DNA of 64,000 nucleotides, from NCBI GenBank assembly GCA_012295275.1, contig CM022668.1, forward strand, positions 5,146,001 through 5,210,000, read 5' to 3'. Below, piece by piece: positions 45,335-58,409 of this stretch. A model generated the notes under the pieces. That model was not told the DNA's origin, did no database searches, and worked only from the letters and a program-made list of their open reading frames with translations. The first letter of the stretch is position 1; each line of letters opens with the position of its first letter. The DNA comes from Chrysomallon squamiferum (lineage: Eukaryota > Animalia > Mollusca). Both the position numbers and the translations under genes were made by a program.

Positions 45335-48300
45335 TTTTAATAAATTTCTAAAGGAGAAAGAAAAACGCAAGCTTGCTGTGCAGGCTGGGCAGGAGATCAA
45401 GGAGAGGGATATCAAGCTGAAGATGCTGGGAAACATCGCCAACGAGAACAAAACTCCTCGACGACCAGCTCCGAAACCAAGAACATACACAGCACCAGGA
45501 ACCATCACCCCAGCCAGGTCAGACACAGACATGTCCTCCGTGGGCTACACCCCGAGGTCCACCCGAGCCACCACGGAGAAGATATCGTCTGCTCGGTCCA
45601 TGCAGGGCTTGAATCATGTTGGTAGTACCAGTAGCACCAGCAGTTCACGAGGGGTAAGTTTCCTCTTTACTTTTAACTAACAGTTTGTGAGGCTGTGTGG
45701 TAGTTTTAAAACAGTAATTTGTTTGAACCTTTCAAACTGTAGACATTTTTGAAGTGCTAGAATAATCAAACATACATCAGTATTCTGTACTAATATATGG
45801 CCTTTCGAAGTCTTATTATACATTTTTAAATTACTACAACATAATAAGTTAGTACCCTGTATCAACATGTGGTTTTACAGCTTAATAAGCCCCTCTTTTT
45901 AGACTTGATACAGGCAGCAAGGCAAAAATGTGTCAGATAAAGTATATGTACTTCTTAGCTGAATCACTTGGATATGGATTCTAAACATTTATGATTCTGT
46001 CTTTATCAAAATACAGCATCAAATGCATACGTTAAATATAGGAGAATTTTTTTCTTCTAAATCTTAAAGTCCAAGAGAAGTTAGATATGAATGCTGTTTT
46101 TATGCATTTGTTATTCTTCCATTTATCATTTATTATTCATTGTTGTATTATATTTATTTATTTTATTTACTTATTTACAGAGAGTACCAGTTGTTAATCC
46201 ACGATTCCAGAAACACAGACGCTCCAAGTCATCCTCAGAGGTTTGGCTGGATCATAGACCAGTGGGAAATATCAACCTGGGTAAACAGCCAAGTTGTCTT
46301 TTTCTACCTGTCAACGACACATTTTTGTTTTTATTTCAATTTTCCAACATCTAGAAAAGTTAGAATTTTCATCAGTATAGCTATAGACAATTTCATATAT
46401 GCATTCAACTTTAAAAAAAAAGAAGTATATATCCAAGTCATAGATTTTGATATTTTTAAATATTTCACCATTTTAAGAAAAATTCAACTAAAAAAATCCC
46501 AAACAAACCATCTAAAGTTTGGTGTGTGTTTGTTTTATTTTTTTGTTTGTTTATTTATTTATTTATTTTCCAAGGAACTGTCTTACAACCAAAGATGACA
46601 AAGAAACACTCAGTGTCAAAGTTGGACGTTAAAGATACAAAAAACGTTTCCAAATACTGCCTGACACACCAGGAGGCTGACAGTGACGGGGAAATTGAGA
46701 CAAAAATCATCAAGGTTTGTCAGTTAATAATTTAATTACCTCATCAGATTCCGTTAAACAGGTTATGGTTTGTCAGTGAATAATTTTGTTTGACAGTTAA
46801 TTTTGTCACACATTTAATTATGTCAAATGATCGTGGTGACTATGTAACATTTGCTGGTAAATATTTTAATTAATAATTAACTGATTATTGTGACTGCTAC
46901 ATAACTGTACCTTGTTGAGGTGTTTTGGAAATATATCAGAATGTCTTTTTAATTTATGACTTTAAATTATGTGAATTTTCTAATATCGGACAGAGTAGAA
47001 GACCAAGATTAACACTTTTTCTACTTCTGTTCTGTTATCTTTCAGTTTTTGATGTTAAAAGTGTCTGTATGTTGAAATAGTTTGTCTTCAGTTCAGATCT
47101 AGACCAAATTCAACACACAGCAATATCTGCAAAATTATTCAAATTATTTTAAACGATGAGGTCATTAATAATAATAATATCATTTGTTATTATTAATATT
47201 ATTATTACATTATTATCACTGTTATTGCTGTTGTTGCTACTAAAACAGCCTGCAATAACACTACCACCACCACCACCACCATGTCACCTTACCATTATCA
47301 CTACTACTACAACTATCACTACACTAATTAATTACATTAATATAATTATTATTTTTATTATGCCAGGGTGATGTGATACGAACTTCTGGCGGAGGTAGTT
47401 CAGTTATTTTCAACGATGTTGAAGTGTTGAAGCAGGTGTCGCCGGGGTCACGCAAACGACGAAGTTCATGTCCACAGCCACAGGACTTTGAAGGAGAATG
47501 GACAGACACAGAATCCCGCTGTTCTACAGCCATAGAGGGTCACTCTTACAAGTAAGTGTAGAGGGTCACTCTTACAAGTAAGTGTAGAGGGTCACTCTTA
47601 CAAGTAAGTACAGACAGTCACTCTTACAAGTAAGTGTAGAGGGTCTCTCTTACAAGTAAGTACAGACAGTCACTCTTACAAGTAAGTACAGACAGTCACT
47701 CTTACGAATAAGTGTAGAGGGTCTCTCTTACAAGTAAGTACAGGTGGTCACTCTTACAAGTAAGTGTAGAGGGTCTCTCTTACAAGTAAGTACAGGTGGT
47801 CACTCTTACAAATAAGTGTAGAGGGTCACTCTTACAAGTAAGTACAGGTGGTCACTCTTACAAGTAAGTACAGGTGGTCACTCTTACAAGTAAGTGTAGA
47901 GGGTCACTCTTACAAGTAAGTACAGGTGGTCACTCTTACAAATAAGTACAGGTGGTCACTCTTACAAATAAGTACAGGTGGTCACTCTTACAAATAAGTG
48001 TAGAGGGTCACTCTTACAAATAAGTGTAGAGGGTCACTCTTACAAGTAAGTGTAGAGGGTCACTCTTACAAGTAAGTACAGGTGGTCACTCTTACAAGTA
48101 AGTACAGGTGGTCACTCTTACAAATAAATGTAGAGGGTCACTCTTACAAATAAGTGTAGAGGGTCACTCTTACAAGTAAGTACAGGCGGTCACTCTTACA
48201 AGTAAGTGTAGAGGATCACTCTTACAAGTAAGTGTAGAGGGTCACTCTTACAAGTAAGTGTAGAGGGTCTCTCTTACAAGTAAGTACAGACAGTCACTCT

Positions 48301-50375
48301 TACGAATAAGTGTAGAGGGTCTCTCTTACAAGTAAGTACAGGTGGTCACTCTTACAAGTAAGTGTAGAGGGTCTCTCTTACAAGTAAGTACAGGTGGTCA
48401 CTCTTACAAATAAGTGTAGAGGGTCACTCTTACAAGTAAGTACAGGTGGTCACTCTTACAAATAAGTACAGGTGGTCACTCTTACAAATAAGTACAGGTG
48501 GTCACTCTTACAAATAAGTGTAGAGGGTCACTCTTACAAATAAGTGTAGAGGGTCACTCTTACAAGTAAGTACAGGTGGTCACTCTTACAAATAAGTGTA
48601 GAGGGTCACTCTTACAAATAAGTGTAGAGGGTCACTCTTACAAGTAAGTACAGACAGTCACTCTTACAAGTAAGTACAGGCGGTCACTCTTACAAGTAAG
48701 TGTAGAGGGTCACTCTTACAAATAAGTGTAGAGGGTCACTCTTACAAGTAAGTACAGACAGTCACTCTTACAAGTAAGTACAGGTGGTCACTCTTACAAG
48801 TAAGTACAGGTGGTCACTCTTACAAATAAATGTAGAGGGTCACTCTTACAAATAAGTGTAGAGGGTCACTCTTACAAGTAAGTACAGGCGGTCACTCTTA
48901 CAAGTAAGTGTAGAGGATCACTCTTACAAGTAAGTGTAGAGGGTCACTCTTACAAGTAAGTGTAGAGGGTCTCTCTTACAAGTAAGTACAGACAGTCACT
49001 CTTACAAGTAAGTGTAGAGGGTCTCTCTTACAAGTAAGTACAGGCGGTCACTCTTACAAGTAAGTACAGACAGTCACTCTTACAAGTAAGTGTAGAGGGT
49101 CACTCTTACAAGTAAGTACAGACGGTCACTCTTACAAGTAAGTACAGACAGTCACTCTTACAAGTAAGTGTAGAGGGTCTCTCTTACAAGTAAGTACAGA
49201 GAGTCACTCTTACAAGTAAGTGTAGAGGGTCACTCTTACAAGTAAGTACAGGCGGTCACTCTTACAAGTAAGTACAGACAGTCACTCTTACAAGTAAGTA
49301 CAGACAGTCACTCTTACAAGTAAGTACAGACAGTCACTCTTACAAGTAAGTACAGGTGGTCACTCTTACAAGTAAGTACAGACAGTCACTCTTACAAGTA
49401 AGTACAGACAGTCACTCTTACAAGTAAGTACAGACAGTCACTCTTACAAGTAAGTACAGGGGTCACTCTTACAAGTAAGTACAGACAGTCACTCTTACAA
49501 GTAAGTACAGACAGTCACTCTTACAAGTAAGTACAGGTGGTCACTCTTACAAGTAAGTGTAGAGAGTCACTCTTACAAGTAAGTGTAGAGGGTCACTCTT
49601 ACAAGTAAGTGTAGAGGTCACTCTTACAATTAAGTGTAGAGGGTAACTTACTAATAAATGTAGAGGGTCACTCTTACAAGTAAGTACAGGTAGTCACTCT
49701 TACAAGTAAGTGTAGAGGGTCACTCTTACAAGTAAGTGTAGAGGGTAACTCTTACTAATAAATGTAGAGAGGGTCTCTTACAAGTAAGTGTAGAGGGTCA
49801 CTCTTACAAATAAGTGTAGAGGGTAACTCTTACTAATAAATGTAGAGGGTCACTCTTACAAGTAAGTGTAGAGGGTCACTCTTACAAGTAAGTGTAGAGG
49901 GTCACTCTTACAAGTAAGTGTAGAGGGTCACTCTTACAATTAAGTGTAGAGGGTCACTCTTACAAGTAAGTACAGGTAGTCACTCTTACAAGTAAGTGTA
50001 GAGGTCACTCTTACAATTAAGTGTAGAGGGTAACTTACTAATAAATGTAGAGGGTCACTCTTACAGACAGTCACTCTTACAAGTAAGTGTAGAGGGTCAC
50101 TCCTACAAATAAGTGTAGAGGGTAACTCTTACTAATAAATGTGGAGGGTCACTCTTACTAGTAAGTATAGAGAGTCACTCCTACAAATAAGTGTAGAGCA
50201 TCACTCTTACCAGTAAGTGTAGAAGGTCATTTCTGTTGTTATTTTAATTATTATTATTATCATTATTTTAATTGTTATTATTACTAGGTCATTTCTGTTT
50301 TATATTATTATTATTATTATTATTTAATTATTTTAATTGTTATTATTACTATCACTATTATTATTATTATTATTA

Positions 50376-50421
<46 letters not shown>

Positions 50422-50721
50422 GGTGAAACTTTTCAAAACCAGATTGTGCTGGGATAGAATAAAAGTGTTTGGTTAGTAGGGATGTTTAATATACTGACAC
50501 TTTAGTTTTAAAACTGAAAACTAAATATGGACATCTGGAGTTTGTTCAATTTTGGTGAAATTCTGTAATAGTGAGGCTATATTTTGAGAAGTTATCATCA
50601 TCATCATCATTTTCATTATCATTATCATTATTATAATTAGACATCATTCTTATCATTGTCATCATCATATTAAAATTGATTTTGATTTTGTTACAGAAAA
50701 ACAAGATCATCAAGAGTATGA
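31224..50721 (+). CDS. KIF23: Kinesin-6 KIF23/MKLP1/pavarotti (centralspindlin motor); as assembled has a frameshift at 36239 and probably at ~44109
   Basis: 23 exons: 31224-31234, 33300-33354, 33674-33766, 35005-35037, 35609-35714, 36204-36341, 37002-37126, 37721-37891, 38110-38222, 38761-38882, 39794-39896, 40743-40822, 41101-41220, 42064-42208, 42645-42709, 43254-43356, 43939-44145, 44809-44919, 45354-45653, 46181-46280, 46575-46714, 47367-47551, 50697-50721. [94 protein letters not shown] 14-3-3/Aurora B site, Arf6-binding tail [44 protein letters not shown]. Confidence 0.96.
32856..33182. mobile_element. Tc1/mariner(pogo)-type MITE, 327 bp, in KIF23 intron 1
   Basis: TIRs CAGGTACTGCACCAATTAT ... 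ATAATTGGTCCGGTACCTG (17/19 match), TA on both sides (32854-55, 33183-84); no coding capacity. Confidence 0.8.
39003..39206. mobile_element. Possible degenerate MITE
   Basis: Imperfect inverted ends CATGACTGTAACTA..GAGGCAAA versus TTTGCCTC..TAGTTATGGCCATG; no clear target-site duplication. Confidence 0.35.
43701..43883. repeat. 42-bp minisatellite, ~4.4 copies, in KIF23 intron
   Basis: Unit AAATGTAATGTTTCATGGTCGATAAAGCTTAAGACATCACTG with variants. Confidence 0.9.
47533..50229 (+). repeat. 26-bp minisatellite (~104 copies) derived from the KIF23 exon 22 / intron 22 junction
   Basis: Unit TAGAGGGTCACTCTTACAA|GTAAGTG; the first copy is the coding end of the exon (..IEGHSYK) plus its donor at 47552; variants -TACAGACA-, -TACAGGTG-, -CAAATAAG-. 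Confidence 0.97.
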
Positions 50722-51318
50722 ACTACTTGTGATGTCTGTCTGTCTGTCTGTATGTCATTCTGTTGAAGTGGTAAAGAAATTTAGAGCTGGACTTGTATAG
50801 GACGTTAACAGTTACCATCTTTTTAATAAAGTTTTAAATTAGCCAATATTATTATTATTATCATTTTAATAAACGTGGACATTAATCACTATCTGAATGC
50901 AGTGGTAACAACAAAATTTACATCTGCTTTCATTTTCAAAAGACTTTTGCATTTTCTTGTATCTGCTACCTCTATATACAAACTTGCTGTTTCAGTCCTG
51001 TGTTTATAATGTATATTTGTGATATATAATAGTTTATTGGCATTTCAATGGGACATATCTTACCATCAGTGTATATCTATTTTTTAATTTCTTAAGTGCA
51101 ATAATCAGTTCTGGATTATTCTGACATGTTTGTAGAAATTTTAATTTGTATTGTACAATTTATTTATTTTGTTTCTCATTTATTTCTTATTTATTTCTTC
51201 TTCTATTTCTTTTTTCTTAAAGAAAAAATATTTTTAAATATATTTCATTTTTGTCTTGTATACATATTTGGTATTATTTTTTATTGTTTTATTTTATTTT
51301 ATTTTATTTTATTTTATT

Positions 51319-51349
<31 letters not shown>

Positions 51350-53852
51350 TTTTTTTGTTGATTTTCAAAAATGTTTTTTCTCACATTTCACATATCAAGA
51401 TACTGTCAAAACTATATTTTACTCTTTAAGTGGTGTGTGGACTAGGCAAAAATTTTGATAAACATTATAATCTATATAGATGGCAATTAATTTATTTATA
51501 CATCATACAGGTTCAATATTTACAGATTTATTTTGATATAATTCACTCTGTCAAACACACTTTTTTATTTGACTGACTTGACCAGACTGAAGAGGTTAAT
51601 ATAAATTAGTTTCGTGTGTGTAAAATTAAAAATCAATTCTACATTCAAAAGGACACAATTTTTATATGCTTCCAACTAATTGTTGTATTTGTTCATTGCC
51701 ACTCATCTTCACTAATAATTATGATAATATGAGCAGTTCATAATGCATGTGTATATTTTAATTGTTATTTATCACAAGTTAACTGTAATAGGGACACAAA
51801 CAACACACTACTGATATACTTCATTATTAGTAAAGATTGGGCATACTGCATTAAGCAGTTATTTGCAACTATACAAAATGCATTTTCATGTTTTCATTCC
51901 ACTGCATCACTTTAACAGAAACTACCAATACATTTCACATTTACCTTCAACAGGATAAACATATATATATATATATAACTAAGCTGTTAACTGAATGAAA
52001 TAATTTTACTCATTTATTGATAATAAAACCTATTTTATAATAAACAAAATGGAAATGGTTATGTTTTTATCATCTGATGAATTTTACAAGATGAAAATGT
52101 CCACGTGATTTTTATTTATAGTTTGTACATAAGTTATTGTCTTAGTTGTAATCAGGTTTGTCATAAATAATGGCTATGTATATTGTGTCTATGGAAATAA
52201 AATATTTTTAATTTTGTTTGAGGTTGTTTTTATTATTATTATCAATATCTTTATTATTTTATTATTATTATTGTTAAACATACTATATAATTGTGTTAAC
52301 TGGTTGTTGTTTATGAAGATTTGTGTTTTATTGTGTGTGTGTGGTTTTGAAATTTAATTAGCAAATATGAAGTTTGAATAGTAATTATATATTTACCATA
52401 TGTATGATGTCATTGTAACTAATTTAGACAGATGGTGAGTGCCTCATTAAATAAAACTCCTTTTGTTGTTTCCCCCCTTAAATTTATCCACAAGATTTTT
52501 ACTTGCCATTACCTCCAGCTTTTGGACACTTGTTCTAGTTGTTAACAATAAAACATACAGTTCATTGTGTTTGATGAATCCACAATAGTGACACCACATT
52601 TTCTGAGTACATGTTCCAGCCAATGCTAGTTTCTGGCTTAACAAAGACTGTTACATGTTTTATCCTGTCTGTGGAATGGTACATATAAAAGTTGCTTTGC
52701 TGCTAACAAGAAAAGAATAACCCATGAAGAATGCTGACAGTTGGTTTCTGCTCTCAGGATCTGAATGATCCATAATCAAGTGTCTGTTATTTTGATTTGT
52801 ATTATAAATATGTCTAATGCTAGCAGTTAAGAATTGTTAGTGTGAAAGAAACTAAAACATAATTAAAAATTTATTACAATTTTATTTGATAAAATTAATA
52901 CAACAGATTGATGTATATGATACAAAATTAATGTATGTCTAATTAAAAAAATATAAATTTTCACATAATTATTGTTAATATGCAGTATAAAACTAAACAA
53001 AATATTTACATGTCCCTATATACAAAATATATACAGTGTTCATTATTAAAAATAATATATCTTTTTTTCTATTAGTCATAATATTAGCAATTTCAGAAAT
53101 ATTTGTACAAAGTTTAATGGGCAATATGTGATTATTAAAAATTTGCCATAAATTATATCAGTTAATATATTAACAAATTCTTTAATGATACAATCAAATC
53201 CGTGACAAATGATTGGAAAAAAATGTAACTACAATATATTTGTTTTTAAAATGAAAACTGATTTCAAAATGTCTTCAAGATCTGAACCAGCAGTTATGTA
53301 TTAAAGAAATAACTTTGAACAATATATATATGTACATAAGTAATTTATCAAAATAATTACAGTTCAGTACCAAACAGATGTATGTTAGGTCACTGACTGA
53401 AAATATAAAAATGTGTCTAGTTATACCTTGCCACTATGTACATTGATATATATATATATACTGTTCTATAAGACAAAATTGGTCACTTTTCATTTAATAC
53501 CACATTCAGACAAACCAGCTCTTGAACTAATCTACAGCTATCACTGGTACCTTAAAGAATATTGTTTTGATTTTTAATTCTCCTTTTTTTTTTCCCCTGC
53601 AGTATTTGAATAATTTTTCATCATTTTCAAAGAAACAACAGTGGTAAAAAAAAAAAAAAAAAAAATACAAGTGGTAAAAATTTACATGTAAAGTACAAAA
53701 ACAATTTTTTTTCTGTCTTTTTTATTTCCTTTTTTCCCCTTTCTTGTTTTCCAGTGGATATGACTACTTTCTTAACTGCAGAGTTAACTATTCCTTTTTT
53801 GCTCCTCTTTTTGTTTTTTACATGTCATCATAAAAAAATCTGAGATCTAACA

Positions 53853-53915
<63 letters not shown>

Positions 53916-54068
53916 CAACAACAACAGGTGTGTGTTTATATAATAATGGACATATTCTATGACCATACTTTGAAATACTGAAATACACTTAAAAGATATA
54001 TCAATGTATGCCCATAAGCATCTGACATTTAATATTTACTTTGCATTTTTAATTATTATTTATTTATT

Positions 54069-54104
<36 letters not shown>

Positions 54105-54294
54105 TTTCAGATAATATTCTGGTAATTTACCAGACAAATCCAGGGATGTATACATATTTTTTTAATAAAAATCATCTGTTATAAGTTATATACGTCCAAA
54201 CTGTATTTCTGATTAAGTGAGACTACTACATGTAGGTTAACAGCTAGCACACGTCAACAACACCGTACACAGCATCACTCTGACATATTGTAAT

Positions 54295-54895
54295 TTAAAG
54301 ATGAACTTCAGGTCTTTTGATGCTGAACTGAAAAGAAGAAAATAAAATGGCGTGACAAAATAATAATAATTATAGTAGAAGTAGTAATAGCAGTAGTAGT
54401 AATAATAATAATGATGATGATGCTGAACTGAAAAAAGAAAAACATGATGATGACAATAATGATAATAAATTGATGATACAGTAATAATAACGTTAGAATG
54501 AGAATAATTATAAGAACAGTAACTGATTATAAGGATAATTTATCAGTGAATGAACAAATAAACAATATATATTAATTTTACAACACAGGATAATAACAAC
54601 AGAAATACTGCACAGCAAGAACAACGACAACAGTGACGATGATGATGATGATAACAAAAAATTTAACATAGTAATTAAAGAAGAGTGCGGAAGAAATATA
54701 ATCTTTTATACAGAACTACCGAATGTCAGGACAGAATAGCATTTACATGTGTATCCAGAGCAGTTGTTTGAATGTGAAAATCACAATGAAGAAAACTGAC
54801 TTACTGTTGTTTGTGTGTTGATTCTTTCATACAGATTTTTATCTCCTGTACTGGTGTTTTCTAACACCAGGCTGTCATAGTTTTTGTCCGTCTGT

Positions 54896-54945
<50 letters not shown>

Positions 54946-55562
54946 TAATAAATAAATACATAAATATACAAACAAACAAACTAATGAGTAAGAAATATTA
55001 ATAATAAATAAAATAAAATAAAATAAAATAAAATAAAATAAATACTACTAAGACATACATGTACCTACAATAACGAAAACACACACAATCAGTTCCCAGC
55101 ATACACACGCATTCGCATAAATACATATACGTACACCAATAACACACAATCGCTGCATAGCACACAAACATGCATACACACGCACGGACATTCTCACTTT
55201 CGGTCTACACAAACATACTAGTCGTTCACATTATAGAAAAATTGAAGAATATTTCAATACATGTCTAGTTTATCTTTTAACTACTTATTGTGACTGCTTA
55301 GCTAAAACCGTATAACATCTACATTTTTTTTTTTTTACCTGCCCTTTGATACTGTCATCGGATGACGAATTTCCGAAGACTGCTGTTTCTAAGGGAGACA
55401 TATCAAATGCGTTGTTGGAATATTCCATGCTGTTGTGATGGTCGTAAGTGGAATCTGCTTCTGCGAGAGGAAGTGGTTGGAAGTGTTTAGATCCGACAAT
55501 ATCAAACATGCTGTTAAAAATAAAAACGTAAAATAAATTAATAAACAGATAAATACTAAACT

Positions 55563-55647
<85 letters not shown>

Positions 55648-55768
55648 TACTAGTTAAATAATTAAGAGATAAAGAGAAGAAAACTGAGTCTTGTTATATG
55701 TAACACACAGTAGAGGGAGAGATGAAAAATTTACAAACACTAATCGACAAATAAAACAAAATAGAAAA

Positions 55769-55819
<51 letters not shown>

Positions 55820-56278
55820 AATAAATAAATAAAAAAAAAAAAAAAGAAAAAAAGTAGTGAATGAGACCTACTGGGTTTCGTCGTCTGCTTTTCGGCGCTT
55901 GTGGACGCACATGTAAATCAGCGCGATCACAAGCAGAACTATAATCCCTCCTCCAACTCCTACCGCAATAGCGATAATTTCTTCGGAGCTCAGTTTCAGT
56001 TTTTCCGCGCGTATTTCACATTTATCACCGCTGTAGACATACTTTTCGTCTTCGCGGCAACTGTAGAAATAATAATAAAACCTGACGTTCAAAACTAGGC
56101 TAAGAATTTGCATAACAGCGATATTTATTCAGCCAATGGGATCTTTCCACCTCATCTTACAGCAGAATGAGTAGCTGACAGGATATTTATAAAATATAAA
56201 ACTACGTTTTAAAATATAAATTAATTATCAGGTTTTTATATGTTTCTAATTTAATAGGTTATTTTATTTATTTATTTA

Positions 56279-56322
<44 letters not shown>

Positions 56323-56993
56323 TTTATTATTATTACCACTGCTGCTGCTGCTACAACAACAACTACTACAACTTTTACAACTATAATCACCATTTCACCA
56401 TTACTACGGTACTACTTAACAGTTTTAATGCTACTGGTACAGCTGATAATATTAATACCATTGTTACTGTTACAGCTGCTAATATTAATACTACTGTTAC
56501 TGTTACAGCTGCTAATATTAATTCCACTGTTACTGTGACTGCTGCTGCTGTTCCTACTATTTCTATCACTTCTAATAATACTACTAATACTAATACCACT
56601 TATTACTACTGTTAATAATACTACTACTACTGTTACTTCTACTACTGCCACTAGTATTACTACGTCTACCACTACTGTTACTACTGCTAATGCTAACATT
56701 GATTCAACAACAACTACTACTACTGTTACTTCTACTGCAACTGCTACTACTACATCTGCTCTACCTGCACGTAGTCGTTCCACTTTCAAGCACGTGACAT
56801 TCACCATTTTCCCCACAGCTGTTTTCAGGCAGGCTACATATGAGTCGGCAGTACGAATCGTTGCCATTTAGAAAACATTTCTCACCGATCTTACAGATAC
56901 CCTCAGACTTGCAGATGTCTCCCAGAACGTCAGTGACTGATTTTAATACAATAATAATAATAATAATAACAACAACAACAACAACAATAATAA

Positions 56994-57024
<31 letters not shown>

Positions 57025-58271
57025 AAGAAAAAAAAGAGAAGAAGAAGAAGAAGAAGATGAAGAAGAAGAAGAAGAAAGAAGAAGAATAATTAAGATGATC
57101 ACGATGATAACAGTAATAATAATTATAACAATAACAATAACAAAATGATGATCATGATAATGATCAAATGATGCCGCTGACGAGACTCGAACGTTTGACA
57201 CCCATTCGCCCGCATTCCGAAGGCGGATGACGTCACCATTCGGCCATCAAGCAACCTTGTATATGTGTGTGTAAGTATATATGTATGTATATATGTGTGT
57301 AAGTATATTTGTATGTATGTGTGTAAGTATATATATATATGTATGTGTGTATGTGTGTAAGTATATATGTATGTGTGTGTAAGTATATTTGTATGTGTAT
57401 ATGTGTGTAAGTATATATGTATGTGTGTGTAAGTATATATGTATGTATGTGTGTAAGTATATATGTATGTGTGTGTGTGTAAGTATATATGCATGTGTGT
57501 GTGTAAGTATATTTGTATGTATATGTGTAAGTATATATGTATGTGTGTGTAAGTATATATGTATGTATGTGTGTAAGTATATATGTATGTGTGTGTGTAA
57601 GTATATTTGTATGTATATGTGTAAGTATATATGTATGTGTGTGTGTAAGTATATATGTATGTGTGTGTAAGTATATATGTATGTGTGTGTAAGTATATTT
57701 GTATGTATGTATGTAAGTATATTTGTATGTATGTCTATATGCATGTTTGAATGTATGTATTTATATATGTATGTGTGTAAGTATATTTGTATGTATGTGT
57801 GTAAGTATATATGTATGTGTGTGTGTAAGTATATTTGTATGTATGTATGTAAGTATATTTGTATGTATGTCTATATGCATGTTTGAATGTATGTATTTAT
57901 ATATGTATGTGTGTAAGTATATTTGTATGTATGTGTGTAAGTATATATGTATGTGTGTGTGTAAGTATATTTGTATGTATGTATGTAAGTATATTTGTAT
58001 GTATGTCTATATGCATGTTTGTATGTATGTATTTATATATGTATGTGTCTGTCTATTTACAAAATATTTTGTATGTTACAAAATTCTGATATTTTACCTT
58101 TTTCCACCTGTTTAATGAAGTCGTCACGTGACTGATTAACTTTACTTCCATTTAGTGTGAGGTTTAGTAGCATGTTGATGACGCTGGTGTTGAAGTAGTC
58201 AACAACCTGTTTTTTGTCAGCAGTGGCAGAAGTTAACACACTGTAGTCAGTTAGGACACTACCCTTTCTGA

Positions 58272-58314
<43 letters not shown>

Positions 58315-58373
58315 GGAAAGCAAGAAATACATACGTACATATGTGCGTATATGTGTGTAGGTACGTACAAACA

Positions 58374-58409
<36 letters not shown>

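Noticed and set aside
47533-50229. CRISPR-like appearance of constant + variable segments
   Set aside because: Variable parts are only ~8 nt drawn from 3-4 recurring variants, there are no unique spacers or cas genes, and the context is a eukaryotic intron.
31224-50721. KIF23 as a true pseudogene
   Set aside because: All motifs and splice sites are intact apart from one or two single-base anomalies that resemble consensus errors.
57172-57255. Functional tRNA gene
   Set aside because: The T-stem and anticodon stem do not pair properly; kept only as a relic.
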